A DNA stretch of 64,000 bases from Octopus sinensis. Its lineage: Eukaryota. The notes beneath the pieces were generated by a model that saw nothing but the letters and a program-made list of their open reading frames with translations, was not told the DNA's origin and searched no databases. Both the position numbers and the translations under genes were made by a program. The DNA lies in the NCBI RefSeq assembly GCF_006345805.1, contig NC_043008.1:44082001-44146000 (forward strand). The letters are read 5' to 3'. Below are positions 26,400 to 39,522 of the stretch, one piece after another; within the stretch, counting starts at the first letter, position 1, and each line of letters begins with the position of its first letter.

Positions 26400-26819
26400 C
26401 ACACTGTCGGCAGCAGCGGCAGCTCCGGCAGCAGCAACAACGGCGGCAGAAGCAGCAGCAGCGTCATATATTTTCTACGCTTTTGTCATCCTGATAATCA
26501 TCACCAACATCGTTATTATTACAAACATCACCATCTCGATAGTAAATCACCGTCACCAGACCATCACCACCACCACGACCAACAGCAACAGCAACAACAT
26601 CCACAACATCATCATCGTCGTCGTCGTCGTCCTCGTGGTCTTCGCCGTCGCCTTTCTCGTCTTCCTCCTCGCCATCATTTTAGTCAGTCGTCATCGTCAT
26701 CATCATCATCCTCATGATCATCAGTATTGTCATCGTCATCATCGTCTTTGCCCTCGTCGTTGTCGTCTTGTACATCATTATCATCCTTATTATCACCATC
26801 CAAATCATCAACGAACATC

Positions 26820-26885
<66 letters not shown>

Positions 26886-26981
26886 GTCATCACCATCACC
26901 ATCATCATCATCATTATCACCATCATCATCATCATTATCATCATTATCATCATCATCATCCTCTTCATCACCACCACCAAC

Positions 26982-27035
<54 letters not shown>

Positions 27036-27131
27036 GTCATCACCATCACCATCATCATCATCATTATCACCATCATCATCATCATTATCATCATCATCAT
27101 CATCATCATCCTCTTCATCACCACCACCAAC

Positions 27132-27165
<34 letters not shown>

Positions 27166-27190
27166 TCAATCTGCCTCATCATTATCACCA
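26400..27190. repeat. (CAG)/(CAT)/(CAC)/(CGT) triplet low-complexity array
   Basis: Direct reading; includes a 150 bp higher-order duplication. Confidence 0.95.
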
Positions 27191-28107
27191 TTATCTCAAG
27201 CAACATTAATCACCTTTTAACATTATTCCACATGCTCGACATAATTTCAAATCACGATCAATCATTAGAACTTGTCTGAGAAATAAATAAACACAATTTT
27301 TGTATGTTTGTTTGTTTGTTTTTTAATCTCACGAAAGATAAACAATTTTTTTTTGTTTTGTTTTGTCGTTATTTATTAAAATGTTATTTATTAAAAAAAA
27401 AATATAATCAATGTAATCAGCAAGAATTATACTTCTTACTAATTAAACAAGAAAACAAACAATAGCCTCATAGCCTAATAGCCTCTCTAATTGCAATTCA
27501 GAACTAACTATATTCAAATATCAGGACTTGGTAGATGAGGATTTTTATCAAACGATAGCACGCGGCCTCATTTTATATCGAAGTTGGCTGCTGCGGCTTT
27601 CTAGCAAGATAGGAGCACTACTTATTCCAGAGGAATGGTATGGAATCCAACTAATTGATGGAGGACAGCAATTGGATAGATATGGCGGCAGAAACTAACT
27701 CAAAGTAGTTGTGGTTCGCAACAAAACCGTAGATCGACGCTTTGCCCTTCTGCTGGCGAAGAAAAAATATAGCCATTTGGGTTCCGCTCAGAGACACCGT
27801 ACAAGCTAATGGGCAATTATCTTCTGACTCTGAGATCCTCATGATGACACGAAGGCTTACCAATGCTGCGATGGCTGTAGTCATTACAAAAACAAAATTA
27901 CAAAATACAAAAAAGAATAACTAATAAAAATCAACGACAAAAGAATAAACAAAAGAAAAATAGCTTGCAACAGTACTAAGCAGTTCTTACTGTTTCTGAG
28001 AGAAGCAAAACATATCGGGATCGAAACGACGAGCTGTTGTTTCTAGGTTCATCAGCCATAGCTATCACGTATTTTTATGACTTAACCAGATATGTAGTCT
28101 TATATTT

Positions 28108-28325
28108 ATTTCTTTACTACCCACAAAGGGATAAACATAGAGTGGACAAACAAGGACAGACAAAGGGACTAAATCGATTACATCGACCCCAGTGCGTAGC
28201 TGATACTTAATTTATCGACCTCGAAAGGATGAAAGTCGACCTCGGCAGAATTTGAACTTAGAATGGCAGACGAAATACCGCTGACATTTCACCCGGCGCG
28301 CTAACAATTCTGCCAGCTCGCCGCC
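28108..28325 (-). mobile_element. SINE family A monomer with 18 bp TSD
   Basis: TSD ATATGT(A/G)GTCTTATATTT at 28090-28107 and 28326-28343. Confidence 0.92.
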
Positions 28326-28886
28326 ATATGTGGTCTTATATTTCGAACATTGATATCATGCTTGTGTAGTCGTGGATTCAATTTTTGGGACTATTTGACG
28401 CGTGCATCCTTCAGAAGTCATTTCATTTCACGTTACTCTAAACCTACTAGCCGTAGATGTGGCAACCGGAGGTAAACCTTGGGACGAAATGGCGTCCATT
28501 GCAGGTGGATTTCTGTTGTGCTCATAAAGTATGAATCTTGAAAGATTGTATAATCTGCTATCTCGAGAAATCTGAGCTTTAAGATAAAACTTAACAAAGT
28601 GGAAAAGAAACAGTAGCTCCGATGTTTTGATGAATCATAATTATATTAAGACGAAAGGAAAATGCGCAATTAACAGAAAACCCGGAATATCATACACCAG
28701 ATTCGACACAGAACTAATTTATCGTTATGCTAATTACAACCCAACAAGCAATTCCGTGTCTTAGGGCATATAAACCTAGCGGAGCCCACGACCAATTCCT
28801 GCCAAAGTTGCGAGAAAGCGATATGTGGGAAAGGCAGTGAGAGTGAAAAATCGCTTGTCTTTCTTTAACAATATGTGTCATCTTCA

Positions 28887-29320
28887 AGGCGGCGAGCTGG
28901 CAGAAACGTTAGCACGCCGGGCGAAATGCTTAACGGTTTTTCGTCTGTCATTACGTTCTGAGTTCAAATTCTGCCGAGGTCGACTTTGCCATTTGGCCTT
29001 TCGGGGTCGATACATTAAGTACCAGTTACGCACTGTGGTCGATGTAATCGACTTAATCCGATTGTCTGTCCTTGTTTGTTCCCTCTATGTTTAGCCCCTT
29101 GTGAGCCAAAACGAAATAAGAAACGTAAGCACGCCTGGCGAAATGCTTAGCTGTAATTCGTCTGTCATTACGTTCTGAGTTCAAATTCTGCTGAGGTCGA
29201 CTTTGCCTTTCTTTCTCTCGGGGTCGATAAATTGAGTACCAGTTGCATACTGGGGTAGATCTAATCGACCGGGCCTTCCTCACCACCCAAATGTCAGGCC
29301 TTGTGCCAAGAGTAGAAAAG
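28887..29320 (+). mobile_element. SINE family A heterodimer with 17 bp TSD
   Basis: TSD AATATGT(G/A)TCATCTTCA at 28870-28886 and 29321-29337. Unit 1 has tail-1; unit 2 has tail-2 (CAGGCCTTGTGCCAAGAGTAGAAAAG). Confidence 0.9.
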
Positions 29321-29729
29321 AATATGTATCATCTTCATGACAACTTTAATCTCGACAGGATTTGAACTTAGTATGCAGGTAACCTGAACGAATAACACAG
29401 TACATTCTATCCGATGTAATCTCGTATTCCAAGAACACGCCAATAGTGTTCTAAAGTAGGAAACAAGAAATCAAGCTGCCGCATTCACTTCAGAAGAAAC
29501 TGGCGTTTAGTGGAAAATATTTGTTTCATGAGATGAACAAAAAGTACGTGAGTGAATTGGAAGACTTTCAACTCGCCATCGGAGATATCTGAGACAATGA
29601 TTATAGCATTATCAGAAATGCATCTCAATAAGGAATGCAATCATAATGAATATTTTTGTATCATAAGGAGTGACATAATACTGGGAAGACTTATAAATAA
29701 CAGATGCAATTTCGAAATACATGCATGCA

Positions 29730-29806
<77 letters not shown>

Positions 29807-29851
29807 CTGTGTGTCTCTGTGTGTGTAGGTATGTATGTATGTGTGTGTGTG

Positions 29852-29887
<36 letters not shown>

Positions 29888-29958
29888 AAAACAAGTGATT
29901 AAAATACCCAGGCAGATATCAATGAACACTCACTTTTAAATATATAAGTATATATGTT

Positions 29959-30022
<64 letters not shown>

Positions 30023-30537
30023 AGTAGTTGAATGAATTATCTTGTTATGGATAATTCGGTTAACCGATACCTGGGTAGCAAATTCACATCAGAGAAGACA
30101 CGTTTGAAGTTACGTGATTTCGTGTGGAAATGTGTATGTTTTTTTTTAAATATAAATATATGAAAAAATGGAGTTGAACGACGAATTAACAAAATTCCCT
30201 AATTTTCGACATATGTTTCGAAGGCTGCATATTCCTAATTGCGATGGAATAAGGAGTATATTATGCCACTTTCTCATCAGGAAAAGCAAGGAACTTATGT
30301 CAACATCAAGATGCACAAAAACTTTTCGATGACTGCTCACACGGAGCCCATAGTGGAAAAATATATATATACGTATATGTCTGTGTTTTCATGTGTGTGT
30401 GTGTGTACATGCGCGTGTATATATGTATATTAATGAATTTATAAAGAAACCCAAAGTTTGTACATTACGGAGAAGAGCGAACACTTCAGTCTTTTTGTTT
30501 TATAATAACAGTAATTTTATATTATGTTCTATCATAA

Positions 30538-30700
30538 ATATTCTCCAAATTAGAGCGTCTAAATCGAAATCTAAACAATTAACTGAAAAAATAGATGGAC
30601 CACATGTGTGGAATAGGACATGATGTTCCCAGAGGGTCGGCTCATCTATTTTCCGTCAACTGCTTAGATTTCGATTTAGTCACACTAATTTGGAACATAT
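30538..30700. mobile_element. MITE-like foldback (~160 bp)
   Basis: About 52 bp imperfect inverted arms at 30545-30597 and 30643-30693, sharing CCAAATTAG and CTAAATCGAAATCTAA. TA-rich flanks. Confidence 0.75.
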
Positions 30701-31291
30701 AAACAACAATATATAGTTACAGTTATATGCATATAGATCTTCCTCTTGTTTATTTCTGGACGTTCTGGTGAGACTCTTAATGTTGTCCAACGTGTTATTG
30801 ACTTTCAGTCTTCAATACAGACTTTGATGACGGCAGACATTTTGTTTAGTATTTAGGAAGATAATTTGTCAGTGATGGTCGACGACGACCATGTGTGCAT
30901 GCAATCACGCATGTATATATGTATATATATAATATATATATATATATATAATATATATATATATATATGTCTGTGTGTATGTGCGTGTGTGTGAATGTCT
31001 GTGTGTGTGTATGAAAATATCTAACTATTCGTATATGAATACCCGTATTTCAGGGTATCTCCGCTCTCCCTCTCTCAATCCTTCAATCTTCCCTACTCTG
31101 TTGGACACTTTATATGTGTGCATACTTATTTACACAGAGACACAGACACACATAGCACACACATATATGTATATGCACATACAAACACCCAGATATTTGT
31201 GTACATATATAGACACACACATGTGTAGGTACCCATATATGTGTATGTATGCATATATATATATATATGTATATGTGTGTATGTATCTAAA

Positions 31292-31384
<93 letters not shown>

Positions 31385-31390
31385 ATATGT

Positions 31391-31839
31391 AGGCTAATTA
31401 TTCTCATACTACAAACAATGAAATCAAAATCTTAATCTAAATACCATGAATAAATAAATATGTAAGTAGAGGCTCTCTGTTGGCTTGGCTGAAAGTCACT
31501 AATAATACTGGGAGGTGGTATGCGGACATAATTTCTCACACAAAGGTTATTAATGGTGAAACTAAGATTACTAGAATATGAATCTAATCAACATCTATTC
31601 GTTTAAAGTGTTCCGTTAGAAGAATTTTAGAAACGGTATAATGTCTGTAGTTAAACTTTCCAGAAGCTCCAAATATACCACGTTTTTATTAACAATATGG
31701 AAATAATATTCATATTTCAGAATGACCTAATTCCATTGTGTTGTGTTCTTGTCCATCTCCAGTCGCTCTCGCTTTTCAGTTTTGTCCTCCAGACACTTGC
31801 CTTCATATAATAAATCACAATTAATGCGGGTATACATAT

Positions 31840-31912
<73 letters not shown>

Positions 31913-32358
31913 ATATGTAGGCTAATTATTCTCATACTACAAACAATGAAATCAAAATCTTAATCTAAATACCATGAATAAATAAATATGTAAGTAGAGG
32001 CTCTCTGTTGGCTTGGCTGAAAGTCACTAATAATACTGGGAGGTGGTATGCGGACATAATTTCTCACACAAAGGTTATTAATGGTGAAACTAAGATTACT
32101 AGAATATGAATCTAATCAACATCTATTCGTTTAAAGTGTTCCGTTAGAAGAATTTTAGAAACGGTATAATGTCTGTAGTTAAACTTTCCAGAAGCTCCAA
32201 ATATACCACGTTTTTATTAACAATATGGAAATAATATTCATATTTCAGAATGACCTAATTCCATTGTGTTGTGTTCTTGTCCATCTCCAGTCGCTCTCGC
32301 TTTTCAGTTTTGTCCTCCAGACACTTGCCTTCATATAATAAATCACAATTAATGCGGG
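31391..32358. repeat. 528 bp-period tandem duplication
   Basis: 31391-31830 and 31919-32358 look identical by eye. ORF-track peptides at 31743 and 32271 share the same N-terminus (offset 528). Confidence 0.95.
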
Positions 32359-32459
32359 TATACATATATATATATATATATACATACACACACACGTGTA
32401 TATGCCCTTATATATATATTGGTAGACAGAAACTAGAGGAAGCCCATCTACATAGCAAA

Positions 32460-32620
32460 GTAGTGGCTGTGTGATAAGTGTCTTGCTTACCAACCACATA
32501 GTTCCTGGTTCAGTCCCACTGCGTGGCACCTTGGAAAATTGTCTTCTACTATAGCCTAGAAGCAACCAAAGCCTTACGAGTGGATTTGGTAGGCGGAAAC
32601 TGAAAGAAGCTCGCCGTATG
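32460..32620 (+). mobile_element. SINE family B 5' half
   Basis: GTGGCTGTGTGATAAG..GGTTCAGTCCCACTGCGTGGCACCTTGG..GGAAACTGAAAGAAGC. Confidence 0.85.
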
Positions 32621-32630
32621 TATGTATGTA

Positions 32631-32677
<47 letters not shown>

Positions 32678-32685
32678 GCAGATGT

Positions 32686-32990
32686 GAAGGTGCGTGGCTT
32701 AGTGGTTGGGACATTCTGCTCACGATCCTAAGGTCTTGAGTTCAATTCCCGGCAACCCATTTTGTCCTTGAACTTTATTTCACATTGTTCCAGTCCACTC
32801 AACTGGCAAAAATGGGTAGTGCCTGTATTTCGAAAGGTCCAGCCTTGTCACACTCTGTGTCACGCTGAATCTCTCTTAGAACGGCATTAAGGTTACAGGT
32901 GTCTGCCATTTGCACGTTAATTTCACGAGCAAGCCTTTCCGTTGATCGTATCAGCTGGGACCCTCGTCGTCGTAACCGACGGAGTGCTCC
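32686..32990 (+). mobile_element. SINE family C, near full length
   Basis: tRNA-like head GGTGCGTGGCTTAGTGGTT..GAGTTCAATTCCCGG and body shared with 10785 and 56869. Confidence 0.8.
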
Positions 32991-34405
32991 TGTATGTATA
33001 TACTCAGAGAGAGGGAGAGAGAGAAAGAGAGAGAGAGAAAGAGAGAGAGAGAAAGAGAGAGAGAACCAGTTATGTATTCTACGGTAATAAACTATTATAT
33101 TTCATTACTATTTTTGAATCCCAATATCTATACGATCCGGTGGTTTTAGCAAATTGTTCTTCGATGATTTATCAATGAGGCTATATTTTACAATGTGTCG
33201 TTTTTATAAATTTACTGAAATTCAAATATACCGTACAAATAATAGGATGAAATACATGGTAAAATAAAGGAATTATGATAGCTGTCTTCTGTTGATTGGC
33301 CGTTTGTAATAACTGAACACCAGAGGGATTTCTCAATTAGTAACCTTGAAATTAGAGGCTTTAAGCTTAGAGCTCAGAAGAAGATGTTTTGTTTATTGCA
33401 ATTGAATTTTGAAGTATGTCACTTTTTAATCTGTTATTTATAGCTATGCAAATATGATTATAAATAGTAGTCCATGAAATATAACTAGTAAAACCTTTTA
33501 ACACCTTTATACGAAGACATCGAAATGGCCATACCTCTCAATGTTAACTGCGTGTCTGATGGGACTGGACGGCAAAAATTTCTACTTGATGTACCAAGTG
33601 TTAGATATGAAAATTCTATCTACAAATATTTTTTACGCTTGTCTGTCAACAGTTTCTACTATTATCTTAAACATCGGCAAGTCGCTTTTGTGTAGTGAAA
33701 CGCGGCCGTCAAGAACTCGTCTTACGAATGTTTTATGTCTCATGGGAGAGAATCTTTATCTGCCCTGTCCGGTTTCAAAGATTTCACCCCCTACATTGTC
33801 ACCCATATTGTATAGTTGTAGTTTATGAACGTTGTAAAATTACTTCTTAATACTTTAAAGCACAGTCTAAAACTATATAAATAAGTTTTTCATTACATGG
33901 TGCACTTTTTTAAAATTGATATCGCAATATTAACTGTCTACATTAGTGTATTTACATGTAAGCATAATTGAAACTGTTCCATCTTCGTCGATGCTGCATC
34001 ATACACGATCTCAGAATTCTCGCCTCGCAGATAAATCCACATCAAAATGCTTTACAAAATGATTCTTCCAAAATCGACGACCACTCACTTCTTGAATCTC
34101 TGGTATTCCTTTGTTTACCATTTTCGTCGTGCTCGCCGACTTTCGTCTAATTAAGTAAACATTGTTATAAGAAACAAGAAATAGCCTTTATGTTTTGAAA
34201 GGTTTCACATTGTTACTACATGATTCAGATGTGAGATACCGTAAGCAACCAAGAAGATTAATTTAGTCTTAAGCTTATCTCGTTTCGACAGCGCCAGATG
34301 CGGCTCATCAACTAAGATATCTCACTTTAATGAATTAACAACTATATACATATCTATATATGAAATTACACATCGTAAAATACATATATACGTACAGACA
34401 TATAC

Positions 34406-34459
<54 letters not shown>

Positions 34460-36574
34460 CATGAGTCCGTGTTTGTACATGTGAGACAAACGTGGGCTCA
34501 CACACAGTGACTAAACACACACACCAGAGACGTTTCAAACCATCCTCCCATACTAATTGAAAAATACAGCACAATCTTTTCTTTCTTATTTATTATCAAA
34601 GATTATAAAATGATACTGGTTCAAATTTTCAGCCGTACTTTGTGTGTCGTCGTACGTGTAATGTTATATATCTGACATGTGAAATTTATACATCAAACGG
34701 TTTTCGATTCTCTATATCATCAAACGAAAGCCAACAAACTACCTACTTACACCTTTTTCCAAGGCATATTACTGATTAGTTTGACTTTTCTAAGTGAGTG
34801 ATCACGTGATCTTTGCTTTCCAGGCATTTTCATACAAATTTCATACAAAGAATTCGAGCTATTTTTTCCAGCTCGTAATTGTATATAATGTTGAGAAAAT
34901 CCCTGATCTTAAATTTAGTTTCCTAGAATTTTTTTTAAACTTCTAATACATTTAATGATTTACGGTGTATGATAGCCTTTCTGTTGATTATTCCATTTAA
35001 AACTTCCTTGCTATTTGCATGAGGATTTCTCATAGAACAGATATTCCTCGAAGAAATATATTTTACATTGGTATTTCAGATCTCGTTAGATCTTCCATGA
35101 TAGATTCAAGAAAGGCATAAGAAACGAAATGTCGAATATAATCGCCCTACATTTTTTTTGTCAGGAAAGTCTCCCTGCATTTAATCTCATTTGGCTTCAA
35201 TGATGTCTTCGTTTTTTTTTTTTAATTTACAAACTTTTAGCGATATGCTTTGCTTCTAACAGTAAACTGCCAAAATTGTTTCGCAATCTCTAACAAATTT
35301 TCATAATTGCTACAATGAGGCGCATCGAAGTATCATCGGTTGCAACATTATGTGTAAACACAAACCAGATACCCTCCCGTGCACTGATTATTACTTGCCA
35401 ACAAACCATGCATTGAAGATAAGTATAAAACAAAAGTACATTCGCAGACATAGTAAGGCAACAGCACACATACATAAGTCTTTGTAAAGATTTGTCAACC
35501 TTTGTTCCTAATATGATTCTGCTAATTGCTATAGAAGAAAGACAGCTGAACTGGTTGTAAGACATGTTTATTTTCTCTGGAAAAGGATATGTATTTAAGA
35601 ACTTGGTTATTTAATATTAATATTTGTTGTCAGGTTTATTGCACAAGTAACAAGGCTAATTTAAGGCCGTTGAGATTATGTTTAGGTGGTAGGTTGTTCA
35701 CATTCATCGTATTGTTTCACACGCTGTATGTGTCACACAAATTTGCCATTGTGTAGTGCTATAAGAAAGTATATGAATAAGTGTTGCCTAATTATCAAGA
35801 TACTGTACTTTCGAATTCTAAATCGTGATTTCTCTTTGAAGATAGGTGGTACGTTGTCTTTTAGAAGAAGAAAAAATAATTCTCTTCACGTTGCTCCAGA
35901 ACAATCAGTTATAAATGCATAACCAACGTCGTCCTGGATTCCTGTTCAGGACTAATGTGTGAATGTTCACTGAACCAAAGAGAGTCTCAACCAGAAGCTA
36001 CGCACAAGGACAGAGAGTACTTTAAGACCAGCGCTGTATAAATATATATAGTCTGCTCCATGCAAAGTTACAGTGGTGAGAATATACGCATATGTATGTT
36101 CTATAGTTCCTATAAAGGTAAATGCTTCAGAATAGCCTAGTAGCTTATATGCATCAGAAAACCTTTGAGTTATTAGAAAGTATTGACGTTCTGTTGCTAC
36201 AAACTCTAGCATATTGTCGAGTCAGGTGTGTAATCTGAGAAATAACATAATCCGAGATAACATTATTTTCATATTAATAGCAATGTGTTAGAAAAGACAC
36301 ACACACACACGCGCGCGCGCGCGCGCGTATTTATAAGTCAGTGGGCAAACGAAAGGATAGGGCTCTCCACACATTTTGCAGGAGGTATGAATATTATTGT
36401 TTAAAACAGTTTGTGTTGGGTTCATGCGACTTAAACCATCGCAGGCGTCTTACAGAAAACAACCCCATTGAGATGCAGATCTCTTTCGTTTGTCAACTTA
36501 CTCGTACAAGTATCCCAGACCCCGTTATACTTTATCCACAAGCGGCATTTTAACATTTTACAATACATACATGT

Positions 36575-36783
36575 GACCTCGTGTGTATCGTTGGCGATTT
36601 TTTTCCTCCATCTTCCCTTCCTTGAATAGTTCCTTTTCCTATGTTTCTGACGAAGAGCTCCGCTCGAGACGTTAAATCCTCCTTCTTTCTTTCCTTTCCT
36701 GAGCGTCATTATACTTGTTCCACGTCCTCGCGTTGTTGCGTTTTCTCTTTGTGTTTTCATGTTTGGATTAACTTCACATAAAA
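36575..36783 (+). mobile_element. Penelope-like terminal repeat, type 2
   Basis: Contains GTTT-CTGACGA-A-GAGC-TCC-GCTC-GAGA-CGT-T-AAAT, then TTTCCTGAGCGT, and ends at (AT)/(ATAC)n. A diverged copy lies at 61790-61990. Confidence 0.7.
36643..36677 (+). ncRNA. minimal hammerhead motif (GAAA reads GAGA)
   Basis: CUGACGA core, 4 bp stem II GAGC/GCUC, ACGU stem III, GUU triplet, stem I GUUU/AAAU. Confidence 0.65.
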
Positions 36784-36823
36784 CATATATATACATACAT
36801 ATATGCATGCATGCTTACCTAGG

Positions 36824-37260
36824 TTAGCTCATCATATTTCAGTCAATCGTTGAGAAAAATGTGTCTTTAAATCGGAGTATATATTATTATTATTATGATA
36901 TAATATAGTAATTATTGTGCAAAAGACTTTCATAGTCGCTCTTTCCACGTAACGTACAAAGCCTCCAGGTTTGTTTAAAATATTATATGTAGTATTAGAC
37001 AGTTATGTATCTATACATATAATTTGATGTGTTAGAGTATTGGCACAATTGGATGCGCAAGGTGGCGTGTAAGCGTTGAGTGGTTGGATCGATGATGGCC
37101 TGAGTTAGCTCATCACTTTTCAGTCAATAGTTTAGTTGTCGCTTCAAATCGGAGTATATATATTATTATTATGCTATATTATTATATAGTTATTATTGTA
37201 TGGAAGATATTCATAGTCGTTCTTTCTCCGTAACTTACAAAACCTTTGGGTTTGTTTATA
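36824..37260. repeat. diverged tandem duplication (~281 bp period)
   Basis: TTAGCTCATCA..TTTCAGTCAAT..AAATCGGAGTATATA..TTCATAGTCG..CGTAAC at 36824 and 37105. Confidence 0.85.
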
Positions 37261-37669
37261 AATGAGTAACAAAGCCGTATATGTGTCAATTCATTACGGC
37301 TGTTTCAATAGGCTCTTCCTTTAACTGAGTAATGAAAACATTACATCATTGCCAAAAACTCGTTCTTGTCAGATGACTGCATAGACTTCAAACACAAAGC
37401 ACAAAGCAACTGCTTTAACATATTCGTATCACCAACGGAGCTCAAATATTTATATTGACTCTGCTGCCATATATTCGGCGGAATGAGTTTAGAAAATAGT
37501 CTATGTAGTGTCGAACCTACTAGAATGTAGAGGTTATTAGAGGTTATAGTGGGGTGGGGGATAAATAAGAGTAGTGACCTCCTTACATGCAATTTGAAGA
37601 CAATGGAGGGAATGTAGTCTTCATTCGTCCAAAATTAAATCTGTTGGGAGTTGTAGCTGTATTCTAGAC

Positions 37670-37814
37670 CAGTGCTTTTCAAACTTTTTGCTGGAGCGGA
37701 ACCCCAAGGAAACATTCCACCGGAGAATTATAAATTACTGCCGATTTTAGCAGTTTTGTAACTTCTTGCGGAATCCCTGGACCGTACTGGCGGAACCCTG
37801 GTTGAAAACCACTG
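37670..37814. mobile_element. hAT-Charlie-type MITE (145 bp)
   Basis: Perfect 8 bp TSD TTCTAGAC (37662-37669 and 37815-37822). TIR CAGTGCTTTTCAAAC versus rc CAGTGGTTTTCAACC. Confidence 0.92.
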
Positions 37815-38896
37815 TTCTAGACAAAGGTGATTAATCAGTCAATAGCATAATAACCTAATACACTATCTACTGGAACCTTTTATCCGGATTTTTCTATACC
37901 AAAGAGTAAGGCTTGGAGTGGTAAAAAGGGTGGAATACCTGATGGGGAAGGGGTAATAGCTCGAAGAAAGGACGATAGGAAGAACTAATAATACTTATTT
38001 TGATTGTTAGATTAAAGGGGAAGTTAATGAAAAGCTAAAGGAATAAACATTAAAAATTAGGGGTCGAATATACGTTCAGGGAATAAGGGAAGAGACACAC
38101 TGTAATTTAACATATTTATAATGTTAAAGCAAAATATAATTAAATATATAGATGAAAGCTAGACTTTACACCTAAAGTTTTAAATAAACGGATACCTTAA
38201 GATATAAGAGAACTATTTAGACTTTTCATAAATGTAGTGTATTGAATATCCTGGTAAAATATTATATGATGAATGTATAACGGAAATATTTGTAAGAGAA
38301 ATAGATAATTACAGTCTGCAATTAAACTGATGATAAAACATTCCCGTTACATACAAGTGGTTAATGATAGGATATAATTAGAAATGAGATCTAATGTATA
38401 GGGAAAGTAAATTAGAAATATTACATATATAACAGTGTATATTCAGATACGACATATAAACAAATTTAGTCCTATAATCACATAAGGAATATCATGTATA
38501 ATTAAAATATATGATAATATAAGATTGTAGTATACAGTTAATTTTATGAAAAGGTATAAACTGTGACAAATTTATAAGTTATAAAAACTATAAAAATATA
38601 TAAAAGTATATATAAGGCATAAAATGATAAGAAATTTAAATATGAAAAGTTATAAGAAACAATGTGTAATTAGAATATATATAATATAAACTATAAAAAC
38701 CATGAAAATATATAAAAGGGTATATAAAGGCATAAAATATAAAAAGAATATAAATAATTCACAAAATATAAGAAAAATGTTTTTAAAATACGAACGTATA
38801 AAACACGATGTAAAAAGTTATAAAGAATATAAGGAAGGATATAAGATGAAATAAAAAGATTTTGTTAATGGTATTGCTATATATATATAATATATA

Positions 38897-38955
<59 letters not shown>

Positions 38956-38963
38956 CTTCCTTT

Positions 38964-38995
<32 letters not shown>

Positions 38996-39319
38996 ATATA
39001 TATATATCTTTTCTTCCTTTTATATATATAAGGTTATAGTCGGAATATTATTATTAATCCAAGATAAAATACAATATAGATAAACCAAGGTTTAATAGAG
39101 ACAAAATTACCTTTGGATATGGGCTTATAAGGTATATCTTAAGTACATCAAAGAAAATGATCGAAGTAGAAGAGTAACAGAACTTAGGGGATATATTTTA
39201 TATTTAGGGTAGGTGCAAACTTTAAGAATCCGTTAAAAAATGAAGATATTATATATCAACAATATAGAAGAGATTCACCACTGGGAAGGGGTAAATACAT
39301 ACTGTAATTATTAAAAGTT

Positions 39320-39477
39320 TATAGATCAGAGCGACTAGCGGTTTCCTTGGCCGAGCCGCTAAGTTACGTAGACGTAAACACACCAGCATCGGTTGGCAGG
39401 CGATTGTGGGATTACAAACACAGACACAAACACACACACACACACAAACACACACACATACACACACACACACACAC

Positions 39478-39522
<45 letters not shown>

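Noticed and set aside
34280-34312. Minus-strand TTGATGA..GTCGAAACG hammerhead-like motif
   Set aside because: C3 is missing and stems I and II are poorly paired.
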